A DNA stretch of 63,126 nt, filler included, from Hyphochytrium catenoides (GCA_900088475.1; 6 parts of 6 records of this genome joined end to end with filler, not necessarily neighbours in it); one strand, 5' to 3'. Counted from the first letter of the whole stretch, positions 25,986 through 38,876 are shown. The notes: generated by a model from the sequence alone, not told the origin. Numbers and translations: made by a program.

Positions 25986-26640
25986 AGAAGGGGTACCGCG
26001 TCTCGGTCTCTTCGATCTCTCCTCTCCTCGAAATGACAGTAGTGGGAGAGAGAGAAGCGGAAGAAGGCGACCATCACACATCGTCATCCCTTACGAGAGA
26101 GGTTGCGGCAAAACAATAGTAGAACAAAGGTTTATAGATGTGCCATCAGTGACCCAAAAAGTTGTCCAAGGACCCTTCTGTGGGTAGGAAGAAGGCTGAG
26201 ATGGGCCCGGACGATGCAGCAGCATCTCGGCGGCTATGCCTGCATTACCTCTTGGCTGAGGACGCACTGGAGAGGTCCTTTATACTACGGATAACCACTA
26301 ATATCAAAGAGACAGACGAGAAAAGCCACAAAATATGCTGTCACTGGCCCTGTCACAGCTCAGCCAGCTTCCCTTCCCTTGCATTAGACTATTCATGACC
26401 AAGATCCATGACTGCAGAAGAGAAAGAAAGTCCTCTCTTGGCTGCTGTCAGCAGAAAAGGACTAATAGCTGTACTACTACCGTTTTACACCTGATGAGAC
26501 TAACAATCCAACCTCCATGGTGATCCAGCACGAGACTACAGCTAGCTTATAAGGGTCGCGTAGAGAGACGAGTCCTCTTGTACTGAAAGTGCTGTTNNNN
26601 NNNNNNNNNNNNNNNNNNNNNNNNNNNNNNNNNNNNNNNN

Positions 26641-26652
26641 TTAATTAATTAA
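26641..26652. other. Artificial contig linker
   Basis: TTAATTAATTAA flanked by N runs. Confidence 0.97.
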
Positions 26653-26696
26653 NNNNNNNNNNNNNNNNNNNNNNNNNNNNNNNNNNNNNNNNNNNN

Positions 26697-27430
26697 GCAA
26701 TCTCCTTGCCTCTCTCCTGTTCTCTCTCTCTTTGGGCTCTACCAAAGGGAGAGAGAGAGCCAGTTCTCGTGAGCCTTGCGGGGAGAGACACCATTCCCTC
26801 CTCAAATATCTCTGCAAAGAGAGCAACTTCTGAAGGAAGCAACGCTTGTCGTGGACAGCTCGGAGGCTTAACATTGACTAAGCAGTTGGCCTGATAGCTG
26901 CCTGCCCACAGTGTTCTAGCATTAGAGTCCAGATGAGGAGAAGGCGCGCACATGTTGATGATATGGAAGATCAGATCTTCATGGAGACGGTGCAGGAGGG
27001 TGCCAGGTCTCTGCTGCACTAGCAACAGGTTGGTCACGACGTTCTTGAATTCTTTGTCATAGTAGAGATGAGAGTCCTGCGTCCACTTTAGAGGCTCTAA
27101 GATGACTCGGGCTGTCATCTCAAAGTCCCCAGCATACAGCGGGAAGATAGTCACGCTGTAGTCTCTCTCCTGGTAGCCTCTCTCCTGTCTGACCTTCGAC
27201 GGATCATGCACTAATGGGATCGCGTGCCATGCTCCAGTGGGCGAGTGGCTGTCAGGGATGTTGCACCATAACTCTGTCTTTATATTCAGCAGCGTCCCAT
27301 CAATCTTTCCTGCCACTTTGACCGTCACAACTGGCGTGAAAGGCTGAAGAGGATGGAGAGAGACAGAAGACCGGAGCGCTGGCTTTATGCTCGATATCGC
27401 GATATCGACCGTGGGGAGATTTCGCACCAT
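26697..27430 (-). CDS. Hypothetical protein, 3'-partial at contig end
   Basis: >240 codons open with globular composition (IKTELWCNIP...GAWHAIPL...YAGDFEMTARV...LWAGSYQANCLVNVKPP) and an F-box-like stretch LHRLHEDLIFHIINMC. Confidence 0.6.
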
Positions 27431-28289
27431 CCTTTCTCTTTATCTAGCAAAGAAACAGCGCTTGAGCCGCGTCACCAGTCGTGCCTCAGCCTCTTTCAGG
27501 GCGATGACTGTTCAGATCTCAGCCAGACCTGAAGAGTTTTCTAACCGGCAAGGGAGAACGCTGACTGAGGGGATCACCAGAGTGAAGAGGGAAGCAGGTG
27601 CATTGGGAAGAGAGTGTAGAGAAAGACAGGTTGAGGTGAAGAAGAAGCTTCTGAGTTGAGGTTGGAAGGAGCAAGCGAGAGCGCCAGAGTTCGAAGGAAA
27701 TCTGACCGAGAGATGCTCTTGAGACCACTGATCTTGGTCACGGTAAAAAAAGAGCTAGGCACAAGGCAATGTGCGTCAACAGTGGCTCTCTGCGAGGTTC
27801 GAGGCTGAAAGATTGGAAGAGACTGTGCTCTCTGGCAAAGAAAGAGCAGGTCTTTATCTTCTACGAAGGGCAGAGGCTTGGGCAAAAGAAGAAGAGCCGC
27901 CCCAGAAATGGTTGTGGACGAGCGGCCACTAGCCGGTGCTTCTAGTTCACAAGCGAGGAGGATCACCAGAGGAGAAGAAGAGAGACCAAAGCGCCGTACT
28001 ATGTGGCAAACACCTTGAAGAAAGAAGAGAGCGTGAGGCGTAAGATCAATGGCAAAGACGAGAGAGAGAGAAAGAGAGAGAGAGAAGAGACCGCGGGCGA
28101 TATGTACAGGCAGCGCAGTCCAGGCACATTCGACACGCAGCCAGGCATTTAGCAACTGTGCGGGAGTGCTGTGAGCGCCGGGACCAGGGGAAAAGGGAAG
28201 AGAGAATCCTACTGCTGCTGCTGCTGCTGAGCGTCTTATGTGACCAAGCAGCTTGGTGTCTCCCAAGAGGTTCCGCTGCTTGGCTGTTC

Positions 28290-28322
<33 letters not shown>

Positions 28323-29793
28323 CCAGACTTGGGTGAATCAAGAAACGTTTACAGGGAAAGACAGGGGAAGGAAGGTGAATGCTGGAGAGGAAAGGACGCC
28401 TGGAAGAAAGGGCCCAGGAATGAAGAGTGGGAAGAAGGGAACAGAGAGAGAGAGAGAGACAGAGGAAGAGGGAGCGCGAGAGAGAATGAAAGCGAGAGCG
28501 CGAGAGAAGAGAGAAAGATTGAGAGAGAGGGGGGATAGAGAGAGGAAAAAAAAGAGAGAGANNNNNNNNNNNNNNNNNNNNNNNNNNNNNNNNNNNNNNN
28601 NNNTAATATTAGCTCCTAATCTTCCACACCATCCAAACAGGGCACAGGCAAGAGAAACCGTCGCGTTTGGAGACTATCAATATGCCCACCCATTCTCTCT
28701 ATACAGAGCTATAGGCCCTATGGCATCCCACCCGCCGGAAGCATCATCAAATTCCATAAGGGTTAGGATGGGTAGGTACGGTGTGGTTACAAAGACCCCG
28801 TTGCACTATATTCCGAAGCAGGTTCTATCTTTTTGGTCGCTGTTTTGGTGCACGTGGAACGAGGCCTTAGTTATTTACTACGGTAAATGTTAGCGGTGTG
28901 AGCAGTAGATGAAGGCGGGTGGGAGGCTGCCGTGCCAGCTGCACGAACACAACACCTCGTCCCAGTTGTTAAGTTTTCCGTAATTCCCATGAAATGTATT
29001 TTTGTTCCTTGCAACAAACGGAAATTACGGTGGAAGAAGGGTACCAATTGAAAGAATCAAGCTGTGGAATTTTGAAAAGATGACTATTTTCAAGGTCAAG
29101 GTTTGTCCGTTTGGCGGTCTGATGGACAGTGAGCCAAATGTTTTTTGGGTCCACGTGACTATGAAAAAGGTTCTTTGTACCCGCACTTCTATCACAAATA
29201 AGTTATTTTTCTATCCCCGAGAAAGGGACCGAATACATTTGCTATAATGGATCCGCATGGCCTCCGACCATTTTGTGCATAAAAGATGGACTCGCACAAA
29301 GGACCTCTTCCTATTGGTCGGACATGGATGACAGCGTGGGATCCAGCCAATCATCGCTTCTTTTTACCTCTTCCTTGAGCATTTCCTAAACCTCTAGGTT
29401 CTGGTACAGTAGAACTGTAACTAACAGCGAATGAAACCCAAAAATAATAGAACTAGCTCCTACATTCTCTAGTCAGGTACAAATTCTGGGCTGTCTAGTT
29501 CTATTGGACAGCCCATCAGCTGCTGTCCAATTATAAAAATGCAACCCAGAGAATCCATGATTCACCTCTCCATTGCCTCTGACTTCATTATTTGAGATTA
29601 TTTCTATGCGTTCATACATCTCTTTTCACTCTGTATCGGTTATGGGGTGTAACTCTTGAACTCTGTTCTTTACGTACAAGATGTGCACTTTCTCTTCTTT
29701 GGGTAGCGGTTCTGAGGATAGATCCATCATCTTTTATGATTCCTCCTCTCTCTCTCTCTCTNNNNNNNNNNNNNNNNNNNNNNNNNNNNNNNN

Positions 29794-29826
<33 letters not shown>

Positions 29827-30999
29827 TCAAGATCCTTACACAATCCTCTGCCGCTCTTCTTGACGGTCATCAGGGTTTCCCGTGTCCTACCAGTGAATCA
29901 ATGGCGCTGGGTCGCTACAGACGCAAGCACGCAGAAGAGCAAAGACGAGGAGAATGTAGCGAAGGTAGCGAGACCTTGACAGATGGAGACGTAGAGTCCA
30001 GAGTCCAGTTCATGGGGACAAAGGACGAGGCGGCTCTGGCGTGTGCCTCCACCAGCTGTATGGGCTCAGGATCTAAAGGCTATGTGCAACTCTTACCAGG
30101 TCTCTATCATCAGCAGCGTCATCAGTCAGACAAGGATGGAGATGAAAGCAACGGCAGATGATGAGATTGATGGTGGTTTCCTGCGCTAGACAGTCCATCA
30201 TAATGCCAGCCATGGCATGGGAAGGACGGGAAAGATTCCTAAGGAGAAAGACTCACAGTTGTGACAAGATCATAGCCGTGTCTCTTTACTGCTATGAGCT
30301 TGAAGGCTGGACCTCTAGGGACGGCTGTCTGCCGGGATGTGAGGCTGGCATATTTGTTGTTGTGGGCTCGTGCCCTGCAGGGTTATGAAAGAGCAAAGAA
30401 GGGTGGAATAAACAGAAGAAACCTTTGGCTCCGACGTCACTGCGGCGTGTCTGTTGATGTGTCCCCTTCCCAAGCTTCCCCACCGCCAATGTCGCTCTTG
30501 CTCCTCAAACCCGCTGTCATTAGCAGGCTGACCCCTTAATCAATGACCGTACCAAGCTCCTTTCTAAGTTTACTATCTGATGTCAGCTCTTCACCCATCA
30601 TCATCCTTGTCATTGGTGGCTGTGGTGCTCTCCGAGAAGGCAGCTGAGTTGCTGAGAGGGACGCTGCGCGTCAGCTCTCTACTTCAACAAGACTGTTAGA
30701 AATACTTGCTATTGGGTGGAAAGAATGAGAGGAGGAGTAACAAAGCCTGGTGATCGAAGAAGGAAGAAGGCCGGAGCTCTATTACATGGCTGGGCAGGAA
30801 CCGACATCAACTTGCCCCAGGCCCGCCCTGCGTCTTTTGCTTGGGAGCACCACGGGCATCTTACAACTATTTATAACGGAGATTATATTGCTCCTACAAA
30901 GTCTTCTCGTCGTAGTGTCTGCTTTGTCGCTTAAACGGAATAAGTTATATTATCCACAAGCTAACCTTTATGTGGCACATTCCCCTCATCTATACCGAT

Positions 31000-32229
31000 C
31001 ATTGTTGCCAGAAGATGACTGATGATGAGTCTGAGCTGTTAGCAGTCCCCTGTCTTCTTTGAAGCGAGGCGATAGACTGGTTCTTTACAATCTCCAAAGA
31101 ATAAGTAGTGTTGGTTCTTGATGATCTCTGTCACCGGTGATGAGTGGTACCTACATTTTAGCGGCTCTCATCAGCGGAGTTCGGGGGATCTGTAGGTAGA
31201 GGAGATCTAAAGGCGGCTAGGGCAACCATACACCGTGGTTCCCTGCCCCATCCTAACAGAAGAATAACTAGCTCGCTTGCTTTTGTTTGTGCCTCCGCAA
31301 GTCCGTCGCCGCCGTTTGACGAAGACGCAAACTCCCAGAGGAATAAATGTGACGGCCGGGGTGGCTATTACTAGCTGCCGCATGATCGCAATGCTCTTCT
31401 TCTTTTATTGGCTGGCAGAAATGCGCAGTAGTTGGCTAGAGCTCGATCTCCGCCGCCTGTACCGGACGCCGGTTCCAAGTGGCCATTCTGCCGGCCAACG
31501 TCGACTCTACATATCTTCTTGTACGTATACCTCCTGGCATAATCTACAGCTCTAAAAAAAATGAAGGGGAATTCCCTCTTCCAGAAGTACTCTACTACTA
31601 AGAGCGTGCTCCATTCATGCAAAACAGGTCTGACCGCCGGTGACCTCGGTAGGGATATCGCCGGCGACAATAAATGATAAAAAGGAAGTGCACGGCCGCA
31701 TTATTTCTCCTCCGTAGACGACGTCTAGCTATGGTCAAAGCTATTGGCCGCAACGCGCTGTCACTCAGTCATCCGCGAGGAGATATTAGCACATGAAGCA
31801 GCCTTGACGTTGTCATCAGTCTCTACGAACTCTTGATACACCGAGATAAAGATGGTAATAAGACGATGATAGCGATGGGTCGTAGTAGTTCGATGGCAGT
31901 GATGCTAGACATAATCATCAGTCGTTCTGAAGAAGTTTCTTCACAATGAGCTCTTCAAGAAGTCAGCACCAAAAAGCATAGACTTCGTTTCAGTCAATCA
32001 GCGTTCATTGCCTCTTGTTCTTGTTCCAGCAATGAGATCAACATCATTTCCCTCTTCGTCATCAGGGAGAAGCAATCACTCTCGCTCTAGCCGTATAATG
32101 CAATAGATTAAATTCCTTCTTCACGTCATCGGCGCTCCTCCATCAATAATCCGTCAGCTTCGCGGTGAGCTGCTCCTATCGTCAGACGCGAGGGCTTCCA
32201 GATCATCATTATGATCTCTTCATCGAGCT
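31000..32229. repeat. Degenerate direct repeat, copy 1 (pseudogenic segment)
   Basis: Colinear with 35904-37746 from ttgttgc[c/t]agaagatgactgatgatgagtct to gatctcttcatcgagcta, with indels. Confidence 0.9.
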
Positions 32230-33114
32230 ACATGTACGAGTAGTAGTGGTAGTAGAGGGATGGCGAGAGAGATGTTGGAGAACCTTCTGTTCCTCCTATG
32301 CCACGAACGGGGCGGGCCTTTTTCAATGAAGACCGTGAGACTACTGGCACTGGCTACATAGCCCAAATTGCGTTGAATATCAGTCCATCGACATCCAGAG
32401 AACCGCCGCGCAGCCTATGGCCTAGTGAGAGTACTGAAGGTGGTCCTAGAGCACCCCGTAGACCAGGAGAAACGCGCCAAGCATATCAAAAATGGGCTGG
32501 TACCGCCGCTATTGGCTGGAGACTTCGACGACGACATGGCTAACTGGATAATAGCTAGAAGACCAACTTTCCATCAGGGCCATCCCTTGGACAAGGGGGT
32601 CAGACCGTGTGGCTGATGATGATGATCGCACTGTCCGAGTTAGGAGGGAGAAACAGAAGAGAATCTGACCACGATTGGCCGCAGCTCCTTAGCTAACTTT
32701 AAGACTTAATCCTGCGTATGTGTGACTCATCCTCATCATCTAGTGTGCAGCTGCTGTGCCTGCCTATGCACTGCATGCGGGATACTACCTTTGCCTATCA
32801 TGCCACTCTAAGATTAAATAAAGCTCTTCTCTCCCTTAGTTCTTCTTAGCCGGTCGTGGCTTCTGCAGCCCAGCTAGCCTGCTGGCTTGTCGCCCTCCTC
32901 CGTCCAACAGTCAAGCGATACACAGGGAGGGAGGAACTGATAAGACTCAAGAAGAAAGCAGCCAACAAGATTGACGTTAACTCTAGTTCTGCTGCTGGGT
33001 GGTGAGGAAGGTAGTGCGTGGTGCCGTGGTAGCGAAGAAAGTCACAGAGAACCGAGCTGGCGACAGAGGTCATAATAGCACGAAAAGTTCTCCTTTGATC
33101 CCTCCTAGTAGTCA

Positions 33115-34923
33115 TCAACGTGGTGCCGCCGATACTAAGCCCTCTACAAATTTGAGCGATCGTACGTCCCAACTCGGCATGGTCTCTCCCGTCAGATCTA
33201 GATAGCTGCTGAGAAAGTCATTCTCCCGCACAAACTGGCTTCTAAAGGCGACTCCACCATTCTCATCGCCAGGAGAACTACCTACGCTGTTGCCTTCTTC
33301 GTCGCCAACAGCAGACTTACCATGAGCAATTGCCTCGTTTAACTGTCGGGTGCAAAGAATGATACGCAGCCTGTTTCTCCAGCTTGGAGAGCAGGCACAA
33401 GTATAGAGAAAGCGCCTCCAGTTTGGGGGTGGCGGGTCTGCGGCGTTGTGGTCGTTTGCTTGCTGCCCAGTCTGTCCACCACGTGCTGCCGATTTAGAGA
33501 CTGCAAAGGGCAGAGAGAGTAGAGGGTCCACAGAAGAATGATCTCTTGCCCTGAGTTGAAAAAACTCTGGATCAACCTGCGCAACTTCCTCCGTTACTTT
33601 AGCACCGACGTCTGACAACGTCCAGGACGGAGGAACAAAGGCAATGAGGTCATTGTCTATCCTCATCTTGTACCAGTTTTGCAGCGCAGGATCAAGCACC
33701 ACACGAAAGGCTGAGGGACTGCAAAGAGAGAACGCCTCTTGCTCAAAAAAGTTAAGATAGCTCAGAATGGTCACAGAGATGTCGGACTTGTTGATCATCA
33801 GCTCCTCTAGAGGGGAAAAAAGGGAGCGTTCATATGGGAGGATTGGAAGCTTGGGCATCCTTTGAGCCTCCCCCACCATCTGCTGTCCGTCCTTCTTTTG
33901 AGTCTTCTTTTGCCTTCCTCCTCCTTCAGTACTTGTCGCATGGAGGTGGCGAAGCTCCAGAGCGTTCATTCTTGGAACAGGACTCCATTGGTGGTAAGCC
34001 CCTGGATGAGCTTCAACATAGAAGCCGCTATAGTCATCCTCATACGAGTGCTGAAGGCGATAATGGTAAGATTCAACCCCTTCCACCGCTTCATAGTCGT
34101 AATCCATGCCGGAAGGAGCCCAGCACTCAGACAGGTAGAGGAACAGAGGCCACAGGATTGCCTGCTTCTTCTCCTCTCTTCGCTTCTTCTCCTCCTCCTC
34201 TTCAGCCAGCCCTCGTCGTTCTCTCATCTTCTCGTTTGGAGGAGACCTTCTTCCTTCTTGCTCTTTTGCTTGGTACTTATCAAAGAGTGTCGTCCCCACG
34301 TAGAGCTCCAGACAGGAGGCATGTGTACAGAGAACTCCACTTTCCCTAGAGTCAGGGGATGGACAATAGTATGGGTCCATGATATAATAAGTGGGAAAAT
34401 CATTGTCGTCGTGATGACAATAGAATTCAGGCTCCTCGCTCGTTCCGGCAAACCCTGCGTAGAGCTGTATAATCTTCTGTCCTTGATCGACCATCATCAT
34501 CTTAAAGGCTACCGCCCTCGAAGCGCTATAGTAATCATCGCGCGAGAGACCATGAAAGAACGATGTGTCTGGTTTACCCCACAGGTCCTCTTCATCGTCG
34601 TACTCCTCTTCTTCTTCTTGGTCTTCCTCCTCCTTTTGCTCTTCTTCTTCCACGGCGGCGTCTCCTTCTTCCACCTCCTCCTCCTGTTCCTGTTCCTCTA
34701 CTTCCTCTCCCCCATCATCTGCACTACGTCGAACCTCAGCAGCAGCATCAACAACATCGTGGTGATTACTATGGGAGGTCAGAGCTGCTTCAATTCTTCT
34801 CTGTCGTTGTTCTTCTTGATATTTGCGGTGCCAAGCTTCATAGTTCCCGATGCGATCTTCTGTTGTCATCCACCCGGAGCATACTCCACACCTTAGATTT
34901 ACGACCCCATCTTCTTCTTCCAT
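33115..34923 (-). CDS. 602-aa F-box-like protein with acidic N-terminal tract
   Basis: Intronless ORF. N-terminal CGVC and later HASC; F-box-like FSPLEELMINKSDISVTILSYLNFFEQEAFSLCS; C-terminal NWRRFLY...WRNRLRII resembling the tail of fungal-type F-box proteins. Confidence 0.65.
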   Translation of the reverse strand: MEEEDGVVNLRCGVCSGWMTTEDRIGNYEAWHRKYQEEQRQRRIEAALTSHSNHHDVVDAAAEVRRSADDGGEEVEEQEQEEEVEEGDAAVEEEEQKEEEDQEEEEEYDDEEDLWGKPDTSFFHGLSRDDYYSASRAVAFKMMMVDQGQKIIQLYAGFAGTSEEPEFYCHHDDNDFPTYYIMDPYYCPSPDSRESGVLCTHASCLELYVGTTLFDKYQAKEQEGRRSPPNEKMRERRGLAEEEEEKKRREEKKQAILWPLFLYLSECWAPSGMDYDYEAVEGVESYHYRLQHSYEDDYSGFYVEAHPGAYHQWSPVPRMNALELRHLHATSTEGGGRQKKTQKKDGQQMVGEAQRMPKLPILPYERSLFSPLEELMINKSDISVTILSYLNFFEQEAFSLCSPSAFRVVLDPALQNWYKMRIDNDLIAFVPPSWTLSDVGAKVTEEVAQVDPEFFQLRARDHSSVDPLLSLPFAVSKSAARGGQTGQQANDHNAADPPPPNWRRFLYTCACSPSWRNRLRIILCTRQLNEAIAHGKSAVGDEEGNSVGSSPGDENGGVAFRSQFVRENDFLSSYLDLTGETMPSWDVRSLKFVEGLVSAAPR

Positions 34924-35903
34924 AACCTTTCTTCTTCTTCTTCTACCTCCGTCTTCTTCCCCTCTTCTGTTCTGATAGTTAGTGGTGGTGAGTGGTGCTT
35001 GAATCTTCTTTGTCGTGGTGCGAGGATAAACAACAAAGCCGTCGCTCGTTTGCCGTCAAGAGCTAGCGAAGATGTAACACTACTAACTTGCTTTCGAATC
35101 TCATCAGCGGCGGCGGCCCCCGCCCGTCCTCTTATTGATCGCAATCTTTTAGAAAATAATGGTTTGATCTGCCAAGTCTGCCTCCTCCCATTGCCAACAG
35201 CAGCTCGTCATCAACGTCTCTCCTCAACGCCACAATGGTGTCAGATCCTCCTCTCTATAATAGATAGTGGCGCTACAGCCACCACCCCACTGGCAACCGC
35301 TGACAGCCGCAGTAAGAAAGGTTAAGATACGCCAACCAGCTCGTCAGGGGCTTTCCCCTCTGCCTTGGTAATAAACCCAGCCTTTGGCTAGGTCATGATG
35401 GACAATGGCTAACACTAAGAGTGGGCAGTAGAGCGGTGCGCCAGATCTGGGTGCAGGTTCCCCAGTTGAGTTTCCAGGTCCCACTGACCGCCGCCGCTCT
35501 TGAAGAAGTCAAAATTTCTGTAGTCCCACCTGTTGGGCCCTCCCGTGATGCCGTGATGTCTCTCCGGTCTTTGCTCCACCATACAGTTTCCACCGCAGAG
35601 AAGGCGTGACGTATTGTAGCGGAGACGGTTAGTGACAGGGATCGACACTCTCATAAGCCAAGGTTTGGACCCCAGGAAATGGTAGAATAACAGAAGACTC
35701 CGAGTCGCAAGGTTAATCTGGGGCGTTCGTTGTGTGAGAGAATGACAATCATTGGACCAAACGCAGACAGACACTTGGCTCGTAACGCTTCAAACCTTAG
35801 GCCACTTCCTCCTTTCTGCCAGCAGCAGCCTCTTGGCTTCAAAGTGAACAACTGGGCTCGCCCACCTTCCAAGTGGGCTCGCGACAAATATCTCCCAACT
35901 CCT

Positions 35904-37746
35904 TTGTTGCTAGAAGATGACTGATGATGAGTCTACTCTGACGGATGAATAACCTTATTTACGAGCACCAAGGAAGTATGTAGTATGTAGTTCTATAGGA
36001 GGAGGAGCGGTTATAGGTCTCCTGTCGTCTTTGAAGCGAGGCGATAGACTGGTTCTTTACAATCTCCAAGGATAAGTAGTGTTGGTTCTTGATGATCTCT
36101 GTCACCGGTGATTGGTACTTAGAGGAAATCTATGGGTGGTGGCTAGTGGGGCAACAACACACCGTGTTGCCCTGCCTCACCCCAACAGAAATGATTAGCT
36201 CGTCGTTTGCTCTTGCTTGTGCCTCCGCACCTCCGTCGCCTCCTCTGGTTGACGAAGATGCAATACCTGATTCGCGTGTCCCAAGTGTTTTTGATCTGCC
36301 GCCCTGCTAGTGGCCCAGTCAATCAATGAGAGATAACCATCAATCCAAAACACAGAAGAGGAATAATTAATAATGATGGCTTCGCTAAAAAATAACCGGC
36401 GTGTCATCAAACCGGACGGGCAGGGGGTTTCACTAGCTGCTGCAATAATGATGGTTATGCTCTTCTTTTATTAGCAATATTGCGCAGGTAGTTGTTGGCT
36501 ACAGCGTGATCTCCGCCTGTACCGGACGCCGGTTCCAGGTGGCCATCATGCTGCCCACCAACGTCGACTCTACATAGCCTGTAGGTCCGCCTCAGCTTCT
36601 GGCATCTTCTACAGCTATCAGTAAAGCTGAAAGGGAAATTGCCTCTTCTAGAAATACTCTACATCTAAGAGCTTGTCCCATCATGCGAAAGAGGTCCAAC
36701 GACGACAGGGGACCTCGGTAGGGATATCGCCGGCGACAAGTGACTAATAAAAAGAGGTGAATGAACGGCCCCATTATTCTCCTCCGTAGACGACGACTAG
36801 CCTATGGTCGAAGATATTGGCCGCAACGCGCTGTCAGCGGCCATCCACGAGGACGTAGTATTAGCACATGAAGCAGCCTTGACGTTGTCATCAGTCTCTA
36901 CGAACTCTTGATACACCAAGATAAAGATGGTAATAACGATGACAGCGATGGATAGATGGTGACTGATCATTGCAAGCAAAAAAGCAATAGTAGGAGGCGG
37001 CACGAAGGACAAAGCTTCCTTGTTGTTATACAATAAGGGCTGACCACGTGTTGTTATCAGCCGCGCTTCTGATAATCAATAGGGGTGTGTCATGTCAACC
37101 AACGAGCGAGATTTGAACCCGGCTGTCTTCCTTCGCGACACTCGGAATTAGCAAAGCTGACACTCGGGAAGTATTGGATGCAAAGAACCTCGGGTAATTC
37201 GGTGGTGGATCATCCATGACTCGTCGGTTGAAGAAGAAGATGGAAAAGGAAGCCTGATGTCTTGTTCATCATTCTTGTCCTCAGTGGCACGATCCCAGTT
37301 CACATAGTCTCACTGATCGCGCCAACGTATTCACCCTCTGTGGGTGCTTGCTGCTTTCCATCATCACTGCCATCGAGGTGGTTGTGAAGTGCTCGAGGAA
37401 CTTTGTTAGTTAGTGGTCGTAGTGGTTCGATGGCAGTGATGCTAGACATAATCATCAGTCGTTCTGAAGAAGTCAGCACCAAAAACCATAGACTTCGTTT
37501 CAGTCAATCAGCGTCCATTGATTGCCTCTTGTTCTTGTTCCAGCAATGAGATCAGCATCATTTCCCTCTTCGTCATCAGGGGGAAGCCAACAGTCTTAGC
37601 TCTAGCCGTAATATTGCAGTAGATTAATATCCTCCTTCACGTCATCGGCGCTCCTCCATCAATGATCCGTCAGCCTTGCGGTGAGCTGCTCTCATCCTCA
37701 GCCGCGATAGCTTCCAGATCATCATCAAGATCTCTTCATCGAGCTA
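35904..37746. repeat. Degenerate direct repeat, copy 2 (longer)
   Basis: Homologous to 31000-32229 and carries extra blocks (e.g. ~36955-37415). Confidence 0.9.
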
Positions 37747-38864
37747 GTATTGCGCCTTCTTGTTGAAGATTATTAGCGTAGAGAAAAGGCGCGGCTTGTT
37801 CTTGTTACGCCGTGCTACTTTATGGACAAACATCGTCCAACTCCCTTAAATTCGTTCGATCGTTTTTTATCAGAAGTAGAAGTTGATACAGTTTAGAATC
37901 ACAGTAAATTAGGACATTCGTGACAGAAAAATAATGTTCGGGTATGGAAACCACAAGCCAAAATCAAGAAATCCTCGATATTCTGAATAACACTTATTTG
38001 TGGGGGAATTGTTCCCACATGTTTGGTGTCTTATTCCTTATCCTCCCACTGTCATCAGAACAGTTGACATCATGTTCTGAAAGCTCTGAGTTGATGAGCG
38101 AAGGAGGCCCAAAAATCCAATAACAGGCCTCCGTTAGTAGTATGCTGCTCTCTGCACCCACATGTACGAGGAACTCCCTGTCAGGTCTTCCCATATAGTG
38201 ATTTCAGCAAGGGGTAGCCTTGCAGATTCAGTCCCGGTAGATCTGGTGCCAGCGTCAACCAGCACTAATCCTCTTGTTACCGCTTTGTGACGTAGTTGCG
38301 GCTCTCAGTCCGTTTTCGACTTCAACACACTTCGTAGTAGAGTCGGTGAGTTCAAGTTGGAGGTTCGGACTGCGATCAGACATTTGGATCTGCATTACGT
38401 GCTTGCTCTAATCTGCTTTCGGAGTTGTCTCAAACTCGGCACTCGGAAAAGATGTGGATGGGAAAAGCGGTAGAGAATCAAAGCAGACTTCAGGGTTCAC
38501 CTAGGAACTCATATACCAGCTACACCTCAGGGACAGGTAGACCTGCTAGGCACTTAAGAAGCTATCTCGATCTCTCTTATCCATTGTATCCCTTACTTCA
38601 CGGGCTTGAAAACCTAGTCCTCTGGGCAAGTTGTTAGGCTACCCGGCCTCTTTCCTTCCTTGGTGGTGCATTCAAGCCTAGTGTCTCCACATTTTATACT
38701 TGGTAGCTTCCCTACGTTGCTTTTTTGAGAGACCATCTTACCTGTCCCATATCTACGGCAGGCGGAGCAGGTGGCTTTGCCGCTCCAAGCTATAATAGAG
38801 GTGGAAGCCAGTCAGAAGGCNNNNNNNNNNNNNNNNNNNNNNNNNNNNNNNNNNNNNNNNNNNN

Positions 38865-38876
38865 TTAATTAATTAA
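38865..38876. other. Artificial contig linker
   Basis: TTAATTAATTAA flanked by N runs. Confidence 0.97.

Noticed and set aside
9376-26000. Stop-codon reassignment to explain TAG/TGA-interrupted frames
   Set aside because: Conserved genes have no internal stops, and TAA, TAG and TGA all serve as terminators in this window.
31000-37746. LTR retrotransposon
   Set aside because: No TG..CA termini, PBS/PPT, TSD or gag/RT/integrase motifs; repeats are unequal in length.
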